Assembly (NCBI RefSeq): GCF_001194135.2
Contig: NC_068991.1
Coordinates: forward strand, 79,723,986-79,776,203
From: Octopus bimaculoides
Taxonomy: Eukaryota
Length of the DNA: 52,218 bases
Reading direction: 5' to 3'
Positions 34,343 through 48,140 of the stretch are shown here, piece by piece. Each line of letters starts with the position of its first letter. The first letter of the stretch is position 1. The notes under the pieces are model-generated. The model did not search any database and was not told the origin of the DNA. It was given only the letters and a program-made list of their open reading frames with translations. The translations under genes and the position numbers were made by a program.

Positions 34343-36392
34343 NNNNNNNNNNNNNNNNNNNNNNNNNNNNNNNNNNNNNNNNNNNNNNNNNNNNNNNNNN
34401 NNNNNNNNNNNNNNNNNNNNNNNNNNNNNNNNNNNNNNNNNNNNNNNNNNNNNNNNNNNNNNNNNNNNNNNNNNNNNNNNNNNNNNNNNNNNNNNNNNNN
34501 NNNNNNNNNNNNNNNNNNNNNNNNNNNNNNNNNNNNNNNNNNNNNNNNNNNNNNNNNNNNNNNNNNNNNNNNNNNNNNNNNNNNNNNNNNNNNNNNNNNN
34601 NNNNNNNNNGTGTAGTGAGGCTATTGAAGATTGTGTGTGTGTATGTGGATGATGGTGTGTGGGTGTGTGGAGGATGGTGTGGGGTGTGTGGATGAGGGGG
34701 TGTGTGTGGGTGGATGATGGTGTGTGGGTGTGTGGATGATGGTGTGTGGGTTTGTGGTGTAGGTGCTGCAAAGTGGTCAGTGCAAGTGTGTGTGGAGTGG
34801 TGTTGCTTGGTGTGGTGGTCAGGTATGGAGGTGTGGGGTAGGTACGAATAAAGAGAGAAAGTAGGTGTTAGATGAAGCGAGGGGACTTGAGACCATGTGA
34901 TATAAAGGAGGAGTCCGGATGGGCCATGTGCAAAGACAATCTGAACAGACAGATATTGTAGTGAAAGACCGGTAAAGCGGAAAGGGTGGGAGACCGGGGT
35001 GTGATTGCCGAGTCTGATGTCCCGGAGGTACCGTGGCTGCCCCGTTTCACTGATATACAGGGAGCGGCAGAAAGAGCAGGGGTTGCAGTAAATGACGTTA
35101 CTAGAATTGTAGGTAAAGGATTCGTTGATGTGATAGGGACGATGGTGGATGCATGTGAAGAGGATGGTGTTGGAGAGGTAGGGCCAGGTACAGCAGCCTG
35201 GCCGGGAGCAGGCGAACGATCCAGACTGGAAGGTGGGATTAGGGATAAAAACTGTGGACCAGGAAGTCACGCAGGTTATGGGCTCGTTTCAAGGAGGGAA
35301 GGGGTAGGCTGGAGAATAGGTGCAGGTGGAGGGGTCGGACTGGAATCACCGGAGGGTTCAGAAAATGGTGCGGTGGGGGGTGGAGGGGCAGTATAGAGGG
35401 GTGGTAGGTGATGGGAAACGGGAGACAGCCAACGGCAGGGCGGATGCGGGAGATAGAGCAGAGGTATGGTCTACGGAACGTGCCCTGGGAAAGGCAGTGT
35501 AGATAGTGGTGAGGCGATATCCACGAAGGATGAAGTGGTGAGCCATGAGTTGAGACGGAGCCTCAAAGTCATGGTTTTCACTGCAGAGCCTGCAAAGAGG
35601 GAGAAATCGGGAGTAGGGGATGGAGGGCTTGGTGTGGGTAGGGTGGGAGGAGAAGAAGATAAGAGAGGAATGTTAATCGGGGTGTTTGTAGTGGATGGGG
35701 GTAGAGAGAACGGAGTGACAGAAATGTCGAGATTTTCGACGGAAGTTTTAGAAATAATGCAAGAGAATTCGAGGCCAGGATGGAAGGATTGGACGAAAGA
35801 GAGGAAGGAGTTTAGTTGTTTGCAGGAAAGAGAGGTCGCACCGATGCACTCGTTGACATTAAGACCGTATAATTCGGGAGTGAGATCAGTGAAACGTGAA
35901 TATATATATTTGGGCCTGAACGTAGCCAACGAACCGGTTCGTACAATTAGGGTCCATTCTCGTTCCTATGCCCACTCCCGAGAGCTCTTGGTAAAAATAT
36001 CCCGTGAACGGAAGGCAGTTGAGGGAGAGAACAAGCTCAACCTGACGAAGAAGGGTGGATGTGTCAGGTTGGAGGTTAGGTCGAAGGTCCAGAATATGTT
36101 TCAGCGCAAGACGTCCTTCGTTGTGTAGGATCACCGTATATAGACTCGTGATATCAAGAGTGAAGAGAAGTTAGAGGGGCCAGGAGGGAAGGAGAAAGAG
36201 TTAAAGAGACGGAAAACATGGTCAGTGATGTGGATGTGGGAGGGGAGGGCAGCCACTAGTGGGGGCGAACACATGGCCGAGGTTTTTAGAGATCAATCCC
36301 GTGGGGCAGTTTCAGGCGGAGACGGTGCGTAGAGAGCGGACAATGAGGTCGGAGGCGGTGGGAGGGCAACGGGGGGGGAGGCAATGAGGTCA
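34037..36392 (-). mobile_element. Penelope-like retroelement (Neptune-type Cys linker), 5'-truncated, decayed RT plus GIY-YIG
   Basis: LFTLDITSLYTVI (RT motif A, about 36129-36167), QELSGVGIGTRMDP (motif B), YGLNVNEC (decayed YxDD), LDISV, CSRPGCCTW linker, SSNVIYCNPCSFCRSLYISETG...LRDIR (GIY-YIG). CA/CACC-rich 3' region. Terminus abuts (TA)n. Confidence 0.92.
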
Positions 36393-36631
36393 CATGTATG
36401 TGTGTATATATGTATGTATGTGTGTGTGTATGTATGTATGTATGTATGTATATGTGTATGTACATATTCGTATATACATATGCATTCATACATACACTCT
36501 GGTAACTGAATATGATTGAAACAATATATCACCATCAAAAGGAGAAAAAAAAAGAAAAAGATGTAAACAAAACTATTAAAAAAAAAGTATATGGATAAGG
36601 AAGATTCTGATCAACGCATGGAAGGACACAT

Positions 36632-36805
36632 GTAACCGAGACGACGAGAGGGTTACTATGCGGTCTTTCGACCTGGTAGAAATAGTAGCTAAATCTCACT
36701 CAAATACACACTGTCACACTGTATATAGATGGAATAATCAGTGTTGAAATGCCTTTGATCTTCATCGTGTTCGATCAAGGGTGACCTAAGGTGGAGACAC
36801 CATCA
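36632..36805 (+). mobile_element. Probable interspersed repeat/SINE 3' fragment (family C, tentative)
   Basis: GTAACC...GGTTAC hairpin start. AATGCCTTTGATC...GATCAAGGGTGACCT weakly resembles the reverse complement of about 9750-9815. Confidence 0.3.
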
Positions 36806-36914
36806 AAAATATTATACAACATAGAATACAAATAAATAATAATAGACAGTTCCTGCTGTTTCAAATGAATGCTTTATCAACATATGTTGTCACCAAATTA
36901 CACATACGAATGAA

Positions 36915-36966
<52 letters not shown>

Positions 36967-37838
36967 CACATGCATACACATATATATGTGTGTAAATATA
37001 TGTACATATGTGCACACAGGTATACACTTTTATGTGTATATCATTATACATGTATATGTGTGTGTATATATACACTCACATACGCAGCCTTCAAAGACTT
37101 CAATTTTTGCTGAGCGTCAAACTAACAGATTTCGTTTATTGCCCCCTCACTCTCTGCCTCTGTCTTTTGTTTTTTGTACATTTAAATCATATACAAATAT
37201 ATATGTGTATACATATATGCATATATACATTATGTATATATTTGTGTGTGTGTATGTATTTTTATATAGATATATATACATATATATACAAATACACATA
37301 CATATAAATGTATATGTACATCAAAGTATATATATATATATATATATAAAGAGAGAGAGATTTATTAAAATATATGTATATTTGTGTGTGTGTGCGCGTG
37401 TGTGCGTGTCATATATATTGATGTAACGCCTATAACTGAAAAACAAGCACTTCAGTTGTAGGTTTTATTCTACCGAATTATTAATAAACGGATGAAAAGA
37501 GTTATATTATAGTTTAGTAACTGTCTCTTTTATTGCTTTGCTTTTGTTTTCTACTAACTTATGTGTGTCTATATTTCAACTTCAGTCACATGTGTATTCA
37601 TTTAATGCATAATTTTTAATATCAACAAAACAGAAGGGGTAGCAACGGCAGTGATTTAGCAATGGATTCCGCGAAAACAAAGGGAACGTTTATAATAAGC
37701 ATGTGAGGATAAAAGAGATTAATAAATCCGAACAGGCAGAAATTACAGTGATGTAGTTGATATAGCTGTTGATATAGATTCTACCAGAACACAAAGAGCG
37801 TTTATAATAAACATATGATAAAAGAAAAAGGAGAGAAG

Positions 37839-37842
<4 letters not shown>

Positions 37843-37915
<73 letters not shown>
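37843..37915. repeat. (GA)n microsatellite
   Basis: Read directly from the sequence. Confidence 0.97.
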
Positions 37916-37918
<3 letters not shown>

Positions 37919-40900
37919 GAACGAGAGAAGGAATTGATTTTATAATTTTTGTATGTTTTGTGAGTAACTGGAATGAATTCTCGGGTGATTATGTGAATTG
38001 TTGCGGATACATTAATATAATGACATCATCAGTTCTGTAATACCGATAGAGTGAAGATACAAAAATCAATAACGTAACTTTTTTCCCCCTTCTGCTTATG
38101 TTCGAACAGATAAATCGTTTATGACTACCATTTCGAATTGTCTTTCAGACACAAAGATTGATTTCCCATTAATTTCTTTAGAAGTTTTGTTGGAAGTATT
38201 CGAGTCAACTCGGGTGAATTTGTAATTTCTAACTGAATCGTTATACGTTTATGTGCGACAGACACAACTCTTATTCAAACACTACAGATTCATCAGAGAA
38301 CACACTGTAGTAAAAGCTAAGAATCAATGGATTCTGAGCTAAAGCCGCAGTGGTATTTCATGTCGATAAGAGACATATTGTTTCACATACACAGCCAATG
38401 TTTTGGTATCGATCTAATATCTATTGAACAGGGAATCAGAATTATAAACAAAAAAACAACGGGAAAAATATTAGCAGCTGATGCCTGACCTGTCACCTAT
38501 TTTGGTGTATGTTATTATAAAGTCTTAGCTTCACCTAGTTTAATAGAGCTTAAATTCTTCACACCAAAATCTTACTACTTTTATAAAACATTCAGTTTTG
38601 TCACATGTCACAAATTATAAAATTAGATGTTTGTAAATTAATTAGATTCCTATAAGTATGGGTCTATTCCACTTTAAGCGAGTCAACCCTGTGACTGACT
38701 GGCGTTCCTTGCAGTAAGAATATTGGGATCCCGCTCACTTAAGCACCATATGNNNNNNNNNNNNNNNNNNNNNNNNNNNNNNNNNNNNNNNNNNNNNNNN
38801 NNNNNNNNNNNNNNNNNNNNNNNNNNNNNNNNNNNNNNNNNNNNNNNNNNNNNNNNNNNNNNNNNNNNNNNNNNNNNNNNNNNNNNNNNNNNNNNNNNNN
38901 NNNNNNNNNNNNNNNNNNNNNNNNNNNNNNNNNNNNNNNNNNNNNNNNNNNNNNNNNNNNAACGATGTGGCAACATTCGAAATGTACAATAGTGTGAGGA
39001 AGTGTATTCTGACTGGTGGTACATAATAACATCCTATAGTTGAGTCAATACAGCGATAGAGTCTGAGTAGGTCGTTGACGATAAAGGAAGCTTCTAGTTG
39101 GTCACCAATTTTTTCAGACCTTTTACCAGCAGTGTCATTACTTCTCGATATTTATAGTGTCAAGCGTTACGAAATGAAATGCAGCCAGAAAGAAAATATG
39201 TTTTCTGTCCCTTAGAGTACAGATAAAATAAAACTTAGCAAAATTGGTTTCTTCCCAAAAACATTCTTAAAACTACGAATCAAGATATTCCACTCTGCAA
39301 ACATATATTTACCATTCAAGGACAGTTTATATGGCATCTTCAGATGTCACATTGTCCTTCCCCGTGATTTAAATATCCTCAATAGCAAAAATGAGCAATA
39401 TGTGAAACGCATAAGAATTAATTCTTTTGAAATAATCATTGCTCTATCTTGTATGCTCCAGAATGGTGAGCTGTTAATATATTGATCTGATGACACAAGG
39501 ACTTTTCCGAAAATTAGGAGTGGATGGCAGAATATAGCATACACACATACATTTGCGCTTTGTCACCATGAGAATACATATGAGTTTTAATTACACTGGG
39601 CTGAACTTTTGCAATATTTTGGGGTTGAATCTGCTCTTATTAAAAATCGAACCCGGAACCTATGTAGAGAAACATTATAAGATTAACGGTTCAAATGTAG
39701 TAACTTTACAAGTAATTTTATAAATGATTGCAACCATATAAACACTCACACACACACGCACATATATACATACGCATATATATATATATATACACAGACA
39801 CCTACCTACCTACCTACCTACCTACCTACCAACTTACCTGAATACATAGATACATAGATAATACAACATGCACATACATACATACACACATACATAGAAG
39901 TAAATGTATGGAAAGCAAGCTAGATAGATCAATATATAAAGTATATTGTAGACATACAAAATGGTCCGACCCACACAGAACAGAAATGATGCAGAGAATT
40001 AAAGGGGATGCAGGACAGTATTGCATACATACATACATTCAGGCATGCATACATACATACATTCATACATACATACATACAAACATTCTACTTATATTTG
40101 TGGTTTCTTCTCTCATTGAAGAGATGTGTGATTCTTTCTCGACAAACACCACAAAAGTTATTCTGAATAATTTCTTAATATTGACTTCTAAATATAGCAA
40201 TGAATTTGGCAGATTTTTGACAAAATGGATGATGTGCCAAATGCATTTTATATTTTGCTTTAATCTTTTGCTCAATAATTCATAAAAATTACTGGTTGGG
40301 AATATTAATGGGATATTTTTCAATTGAAAACAATGTAGCAGGCCGGAATGTTAGAAAGCAGAAACTAAGAATCAAATAATGAATCCAACTGGTTACTGAC
40401 TAATCAGTTTTATTAAATTAAACTCTGGAATCTGCCGACTTACTCAACTAGTGAAAATTATTAAAGCAAATCTGAGTGACAACTAATTACCATGATAATA
40501 CTCCACCATGTTTGATGATGGCGGTTTAATTGCAGTTTTGAAAGCAATATTTCTGCTTTTATTGAGAATTCATTACTCAAAGGAATGTGACTGGCATTTA
40601 GGGTTGTATTATTTAGGTACACAGGTTTTCAAGTTATCGCAATACAGTAATGTTTAAATATTTTTAGAGCTAGAAATAACAGAATATTGACCAAAATATG
40701 TCGCAATACTTAAGACATATACTCGTGTTCAGAGTATAAATTCTGCAATGGTCAGATAATAAAACACAAAAAGGTTATACAAACGAATTGATTTAATCAA
40801 ATATAATTTTTTTTTTCACATAAATGCCTTCTACCATCATTCTTTCGAGTCCTTTCGTATTGTGCGCCCAATTATTATTGAATTTGATTTGCCATTTTTT

Positions 40901-41142
40901 ATTGTACGGTGTAAAAAATACTTCCAAGTTCACACGCAAGGATCGATTCAACCATTTGTTTCACCTCATTAAACTTGTCGAGATTTTGAACGAGATTTAA
41001 GAAAACTAATACAATTCACACGCAGAATTTGCATTGTGATCATTATCCCTAGTCGGGACCACGTGAAAATAGGGAATGTTGAAGCCTCATGCTAAGTTAT
41101 TCTTTTCTTTCGAATTCACATATTAGTTATCCCAAGTATGAA

Positions 41143-41464
41143 GGCACGTGGCTTAGTGGTTAGAGTATTAGGCCCCCGATTGTAAGGTCGTGAGTTCAGT
41201 TCCTGGGCACGCGTTGTGTCCTTGAACATGACGTTTACTTCACCTTACTCTAGTCTATTTAGCAGGCAATGATGAGTATGTGAAGTACCTGTATTTCAAA
41301 GGCCTGCCTTGTCACATTCTGTGTCTCGCTGAATTTCCCCGAGGACTTTGTTAAGGGTACATAGGACTGTGGACTCGGCCACTTACACATTAATTTCACG
41401 TGTAGGCTGTCTCGTTGATCGAATCAACCGGAACCCTCCTCGTCGTAACCGACGGAGTACCAGT
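41143..41464 (+). mobile_element. tRNA-derived SINE, family D (CORE/Meta-like central segment)
   Basis: A-box TGGCTTAGTGG (41149-41159), B-box-like GAGTTCAGTTCC (41192-41203), then GCGTTGTGTCCTTGAACATGAC, similar to the CORE-type GTGTCCTTGxGCAAGxCAC. Single copy in the window. Confidence 0.72.
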
Positions 41465-43136
41465 GTCAGACTTCTAAGTGGAAAAGGAGAGGCGGTTTAA
41501 TAAAATGTTTGATACTCGAGCGATGTCATTTTTTGTGACCCATAGAACGCATTTCAAATCCCTAGAGCAGCTAATAGCTTCAAGATATGCACAGTATATT
41601 TTCCCTTTTGGAATCCGTAATATACAGCAGCCTTCAACATTTTTACAATCAAAATAAATCAATATCGTATCTCTTATCAAGTTCAAATCTCTTGAGTTGT
41701 GACGCCTCGAGGGCATTAACATCTTTATCGATTTTCTCCTGAAAACCCGAAAAGTTGTGCGGGGTATTAAAAACCTATATTATGCCTTTTTTATCCTTTG
41801 TAGTTGCAGTCTCTAAACAAGCACTAAGTTTCAAATAGGTTTTTATTCACATCTCGCTAGACAGAAATTCACTTTGTTTCCAGTTCTAAAGTTACTGGGG
41901 AAGACCATATTGTTAAAATATCATTTTCTCATAATCCCTTAAAATACTGGGTCTCGTGTAATACTCAATAAACAATCGATACCTTGATCCTACATAAAAC
42001 CCAACTGCAAGCTAGCATGGACACGCCGACAACTATTCGTCCAAACATGAATTCATATATCTAAAATAAGCTTCGTTTGAAATTTTAAAGACCAATTAAC
42101 ACAGATTGTCCAAAATCAATCATATATCTATTCGATCTGACACACTGAAATCCAACCAGCTCACTCAAACTATTTTTTTTTAAACTAAAAACAAATATAT
42201 AATATACAACATCATTAGTATTCACCACTTATAGACCATGATTTACTTAACCGATTGTCTTTTGTAAAAATTTCTTTTTGATGTAGAATTCTTCGGTACA
42301 AGTTAAGCTTTTTCATTTCAAAGGAAATAGAAAAGGTTTGTGAGAGTGGAGGGCGTGAATATATATTGATCTATTTGCTTAATGTTTCCCCCTTCAACAA
42401 CACCGGATCGATATTTCAGAAGAGAATATAATGCCCTATATTCTGTTTCACTTTCTATTCGATCTAACAGCAATTTAACTGTTTATTAACCTCACCATCA
42501 CAAGTGTTCAGTTTTTTTTTTTTAATAATTGTATTTTTCGTTATCACGTATTCGCATATTTCACCACTCAAATATAATCTTTACATTGTTGGTTTATATA
42601 TTTTGCATAATTTTGCCAGCTAAATCTTTTATCAACTTTATATCACTGGCTTTGAAGTTAGTTTATAGGATAAAATGCAAACTATTAGGCTCTTAAAAGA
42701 AAAGAGCTCCTTATTCCATTTATGATTAGGTATTCATACATACACATTTGTATGCACATATACGTTTATGAATATATAAATATATATGTATATGTGCGTG
42801 ATATACATTATGCATGCATGTATATATATATATATNNNNNNNNNNNNNNNNNNNNNNNNNNNNNNNNNNNNNNNNNNNNNNNNNNNNNNNNNNNNNNNNN
42901 NNNNNNNNNNNNNNNNNNNNNNNNNNNNNNNNNNNNNNNNNNNNNNNNNNNNNNNNNNNNNNNNNNNNNNNNNNNNNNNNNNNNNNNNNNNNNNNNNNNN
43001 NNNNNNNNNNNNNNNNNNNNNNNNNNNNNNNNNNNNNNNNNNNNNNNNNNNNNNNNNNNNNNNNNNNNNNNNNNNNNNNNNNNNNNNNNNNNNNNNNNNN
43101 NNNNNNNNNNNNNNNNNNNNNNNNNNNNNNNNNNNN

Positions 43137-43167
<31 letters not shown>

Positions 43168-43267
43168 TGTATGGTTGTGTATGTATGAGTGGACTCTAGA
43201 GAAAATTTCTAGAAAAAAGAACATGAAATCAGAACAACTTTGTGAGATTAGAGGTATAATTACACCA

Positions 43268-43316
<49 letters not shown>

Positions 43317-43319
43317 GTT

Positions 43320-43730
43320 GTTTACTTGTTTCACGGATTTGGTTTTGTGCCGAATTAATTATTTTCTTATCGAACCTTAGATCATAGTATAAGATGTAGC
43401 TCATTCAGAACGTTCTTTGGAAAAGTTTGTTTCTTTTTCTACACTTATATCTCCATTATTTTATTAAATACTTTCTGAATAACTTTTGATGAACTTAATA
43501 AAACTGGTTTCCTGCAGTGCACGCACTTCTAGATTAGGATAAAGTTTTTTAAAGTATGTTTTCGAATTCTTTGATATTCTTCCTAAAGCCCCAATGGTAA
43601 CCAACAGGATGAGGACAATGTTTACTTCTCTGACCAAGCAAATCAGGAGTTTGTACTTCAAACTTATATAATACTCTAATTTTTCCAGAGCAAAGTTGAT
43701 CCAGACAATATTAAAACAGGACACAAAGCG
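43320..43730 (-). mobile_element. Decayed R4/Dong-type 3' fragment
   Basis: ORF 43464-43820 contains EKLEYYISLKY...VTIGALGRISKNSKTYFKKL...LEVRALQETS (compare KxxKYxxL...IVGALGxVSKNLxxY...LQKTA). Its 3' side leads to (AAT)n, which is (ATT)n at 43269-43316 on the plus strand. Confidence 0.65.
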
Positions 43731-43935
43731 CCGTAAAAAAGAAGACTGCAGCGTGTTTTTTCCTTCTCTTCTGCTGTTTGAGTGATTTGACCAATCCAGT
43801 GCCGTTATGTATGGGTTCATACTCGTGTGTGTGTGTGCGTGTGTTAGGAAAGATCTGGATTACATATAGTGGTGTTGGTGAGCATTGAGTAGACCCGTTG
43901 CAAAAAATTCATATGTATAATTCATACACCTATTG

Positions 43936-44054
<119 letters not shown>

Positions 44055-46042
44055 CAAAATAAAGTTGTAAGATACCGCATTGACTTTGTATGTTTTAGTT
44101 GTATATTGGTTAGGCTTGAGAGATATGCATAAAGATTTCGGTGATATATTTCGTCAATCTGAAATGTAATCAACCAGTGTTGCGGTGTTGGTACAATCCA
44201 ACATACCACGTGACCGCTCAAATTATTTCATGCGGCGAGTAATCTTCCTTAAATTATACTCTTCTGTCATGGAAAAAAAAAAGACTTTATATAATACAGT
44301 TTCGGATTACTCTATTGCTGAACAAAATGAGATGGTCATATTAGAAATGTGTTTGATCACATGTGTAATATCGCAGGGCTGAAATTTGACTAAACCACAT
44401 CAATAATAGCAATTATCTGAATAATAGAATTGGTGGTAGAATGTAGACTCTTATTTCTACTGAAAAGTAAATTTTATGTCGTATGTGGTCATATAGTCTC
44501 ATTTTCATAGCTGTGATAAAATCACGTGATAAATAAAATTTGACTGAAATCGAAACTAGTTGCTAGACTTTGCTTAGAGTGAGATTCGATTCAAAATTAT
44601 CCAGTATTTTCATGAAGAGGAAGAAAATTTAGTTGAAACTAATAATAAAAAGTCGTTTTATAGCATATTTTATTACACATTACTGTTTCATCATTGTTGG
44701 CAGAGACAATAATGAGTTTATCAAAGTCTGGAGATCAGATATAAATGTAATAAATCTTTGTGTAACCAACCAACAGTAATTTATGGATTTCACACATAAC
44801 AAAAATTTATATTCGTTCAACAGTTATCGCTCATTAACTTTCCTTTTGATTTATGTAAAACAAAAATGTGTGCACACACTAGATAAATATATATGAACTT
44901 ACTGAGAAAAAAAAAACCTTATAATTGTGACATATTGAACCAGAATTCGTTTTGTATCAGTTAATCAAATATCTCAGCTAATTTATAAAAAATCAATTTC
45001 CTCTCTCATTAGATCTGAAGGTCAGATATCATCTCATGGATGCGGATGTGAGAGCACGAAGGATTGAATACTTTTTCTTAACAAGCCATGGAAGTAGTTG
45101 AATTCAATATTGCAATCTCAGCAAATATTTGGAAGTTGCCCAGTTTTGTCATTTCTTGTAGAGAGGAACTGCTCTGCATCCAGGAACTTGCCTAGATATA
45201 AGCAGAACGGATTCCTGGGAGCTGTGTGTCTCAGCTGTATTTTAAGTAAGAGTTACTCAAGAGAAATTTTGCTAATCCACTCATAGAAATCTTAAAATTA
45301 ACACGAAAATTTGAGGAAAATAAAAATAAGGAATAAGTGGAAATGTTACCGGTGAGTTTGTTCAATTATTATAAAGCACAACACAAAAGCAATGCTTTCG
45401 GGTAATAACCACTGGAAGGAGTTGCACAATGTAGAAACATTAAACAGACCAGTAAAACGTATTAAGAGTTAGAAGCAACAGAGAACTGATATCAATATCA
45501 ACTGCGTAATGATATTTCATTCTCTCATCATCGCTGAATTCTATGTTTGATTATCGGCAACTACCTTGCGACGCGGTGTAATACATCTTGCTGCCGGGAA
45601 TGGTATGTGTCCGTTGCAACTGCATGTAATTCACAACTGAACCATAAATTAATAAATGTTTTGCTTTTTCATTATGATAAGCGCATATAATCTTGTCATC
45701 TAACAAAATAGCCATAATTTCAAATCTCTCAACACTACTGTGGGATAGGATCAAATAGAGAATTGCCGATTGGGAAAAGTGTCATGAATTTGCTTCATGC
45801 GTTCTGAGATAAAGAATCGGATATCGAATGGCTTATCTCTAAATATCAGGAAGATATCTTTCATTGTTTTTAAATAATTATTGCTGCAAATTATTTCATA
45901 TGACAGTGCAATCCAGCCGCAAATTGATAAGATAGCTGATATTGAGAAACTATCAATATGATAATATCTAGTGCAATCCTTCTTTCTGTTAATGTAACCT
46001 TGTACATTAAAGCCTTCTCATCTTGACTGACACCATATCATT

Positions 46043-46236
46043 AAGGTGGTAAGCTGTCATAATCGTTACCAGACCGGACAAGATGCTTAATCTGCTTTTC
46101 ATCCGTCTTTACATTCTGAGCTCAAATTCCGCCCAGGTTGACTTTCTCTTTTCTTCTTTCGGGGTCGATGAAATAAGTACCAGTTACTCGCTGGGGTCGT
46201 GTAATCGACTAGCTCCTTCCCCATATTTTCTACTAG
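46043..46236 (+). mobile_element. SINE family B, diverged copy
   Basis: AAGGTGGTAAGCTG...TTCTGAGCTCAAATTCCGCC...CTTTCGGGGTCGATGAAATAAGTACCAGTT...CTGGGGTCG.GTAATCGACT aligns with 7484-7720. Confidence 0.75.
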
Positions 46237-47999
46237 TCTTAAGGAATTAGGCGTGTTAGTACTGCCCAGATAGGGCGAGAGATGGTGGGGGCCAGTAATT
46301 ATGCTAGATACCTGAGTTCAAGTTTTAGCTGAGATGTTAGCTGAGTGGTTGCGTCTTATTATTGTTCGGATTGGTTAAGGTGGGTGATGTGCCATACCAA
46401 CAAATCTATGTGCAACTGTGAATTTAAGTATATGCAAATATATGATTACATTATTACACACACACATATAATTTTACCAACATACACGTACACACATACA
46501 CACATTTAGCATTCTTGTACAAAATTCAATAGCAAACTAGTTGAATTGTACGTATACAGAACACTGAGAAGAGAGAGAGGAAGAAATCTGAAGGAGTTTA
46601 TTGGGGATGTACTTCAAACATATTAGGAAAAACAATACTTCAGAAAATATTATTCACAATAAATTGACGATGGAAAGAAATACAATAAAATTTGATTACT
46701 GACATGAAATAAAATAAGGAAATTCATGACAAGATAAGATAGATAAAGGAAGAAATAGAGATAAAAGGAAAGAAGAGACAAGTATATTGTGGAATGATGC
46801 CAAATACGATGTTTGAAAACTATGAATTAGAAAATAACTTGTAATTAGAATATGACAGAAAAAAGTCCAGATCAATGAATAAGCAACGTAATCGTGACGT
46901 AGATATGCATGTATATGCATATGTGTATGTGTTTGTATGTATGAGTATATGTAAGTGAGTGCGTGCGTGCGTCTGTATTTACATTAGAGTGGAGCGAAAA
47001 AGCTACTTTATACACAGATTTACGAAATAGGTTTTCCATACATATGTTTGATAATGACATTTGTTAACAACAACTGTGGTAAAATCTGAAGTTCTTAAAC
47101 TTACATCTTCAGCCCAGTTGAAAGTTTGAATAATGAGCGGAAAACTCAATTCATAACACGCTTGCCGTTCCTCATTTTACTTTTTACAACGATTTTCTTT
47201 TGTGAAATCCTTTAAGAATAAAAGTGTTAAAATCTGAGGCTGTAAAATCTATATTTTCAAGCTTCGCAATGCACTTGCAATTTCGAAATTATGCGAAATA
47301 AATAGACTTTGCAACTTTTTTTTATATTTAATACGAACTGTTTGTCCTGTTAGTTCACTATTGAAGGTTGTATCCCTGTGTAGAAACTCATTTCACCAAT
47401 ACATAAACTCTTAACCAGTGGCTCTGAAGTAAGACAAAATTGAAATAGGGTGCTACAATAAAGTAGTCTTATTTATGATAAATACATGATTTTATACTTT
47501 ATTCTAGTATACTATCTCACAACTGTACTTACATGCTCAGAATCATACAATGTTTGCCTACAAAACCAGTTAAATAAGTATATGATGGCATACACTAACT
47601 ATTTCTATACCGGCAAAATATGGTTGTAAAATACGAGCGCATCCTGTGCAAGAGTGCATCAAATACTTCCAATCCATGTAAGGACTTCCTTTACTTTCTC
47701 GATACAGATTACTTTGCTTGAATTATTTGATCTATTTCTAAAATCACTGTATTTACCTTGATTTAGTTTTTTTAATTAACATTGATATTGCTGTTGCGAT
47801 TTAGAAATCAATTTTGCTCATCTTTCTTTTCCAAACTCGATCTCTTTCAGTTTCTTTTATGGCTATATTTATTATTCGGCTCCGACTCAGATTGCTCCAC
47901 CGACTGTGGCATATTTTTATAGTCATTGCAAACATATTTCATTATCTATTCATGAATAGTAAGTAATTAATTGTTTAGTCATTTTAATTTTTAATTTAA

Positions 48000-48140
48000 T
48001 TAAAATTTTATTTATTTATTCATTATCTATTTATTTACTATTAATTAATTTATTAATTATTTACTAATTTAATTATTATGTACTTATTTACTTATTTATT
48101 TATTTATCTATTATGTATTTATTTATTTATTTATTTATTT
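48000..48140. repeat. Degenerate (ATTT)n low-complexity tract
   Basis: Read directly from the sequence. Confidence 0.9.

Noticed and set aside
34986-36128. Plus-strand ORFs of 136 and 220 aa
   Set aside because: Antisense shadows of the C/T-rich PLE on the minus strand.
39488-39520. CTGATGA...GGACTTTTCC-GAAA pattern
   Set aside because: Five unpaired bases precede stem II, and no stem I, stem III or NUH site can be formed.
40770-41110. Possible DNA-transposon terminal or transposase C-terminal remnant
   Set aside because: No convincing motif or partner TIR could be identified by eye.
41143-41210. tRNA-like sequence with A and B boxes
   Set aside because: No complete cloverleaf or acceptor stem, and it continues into a SINE body, so it is a SINE head and not a tRNA gene.
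45551-45620. GVIHLAAGNG, resembling an ankyrin-repeat motif
   Set aside because: An in-frame stop lies immediately upstream, there is no acceptor AG and no second repeat.
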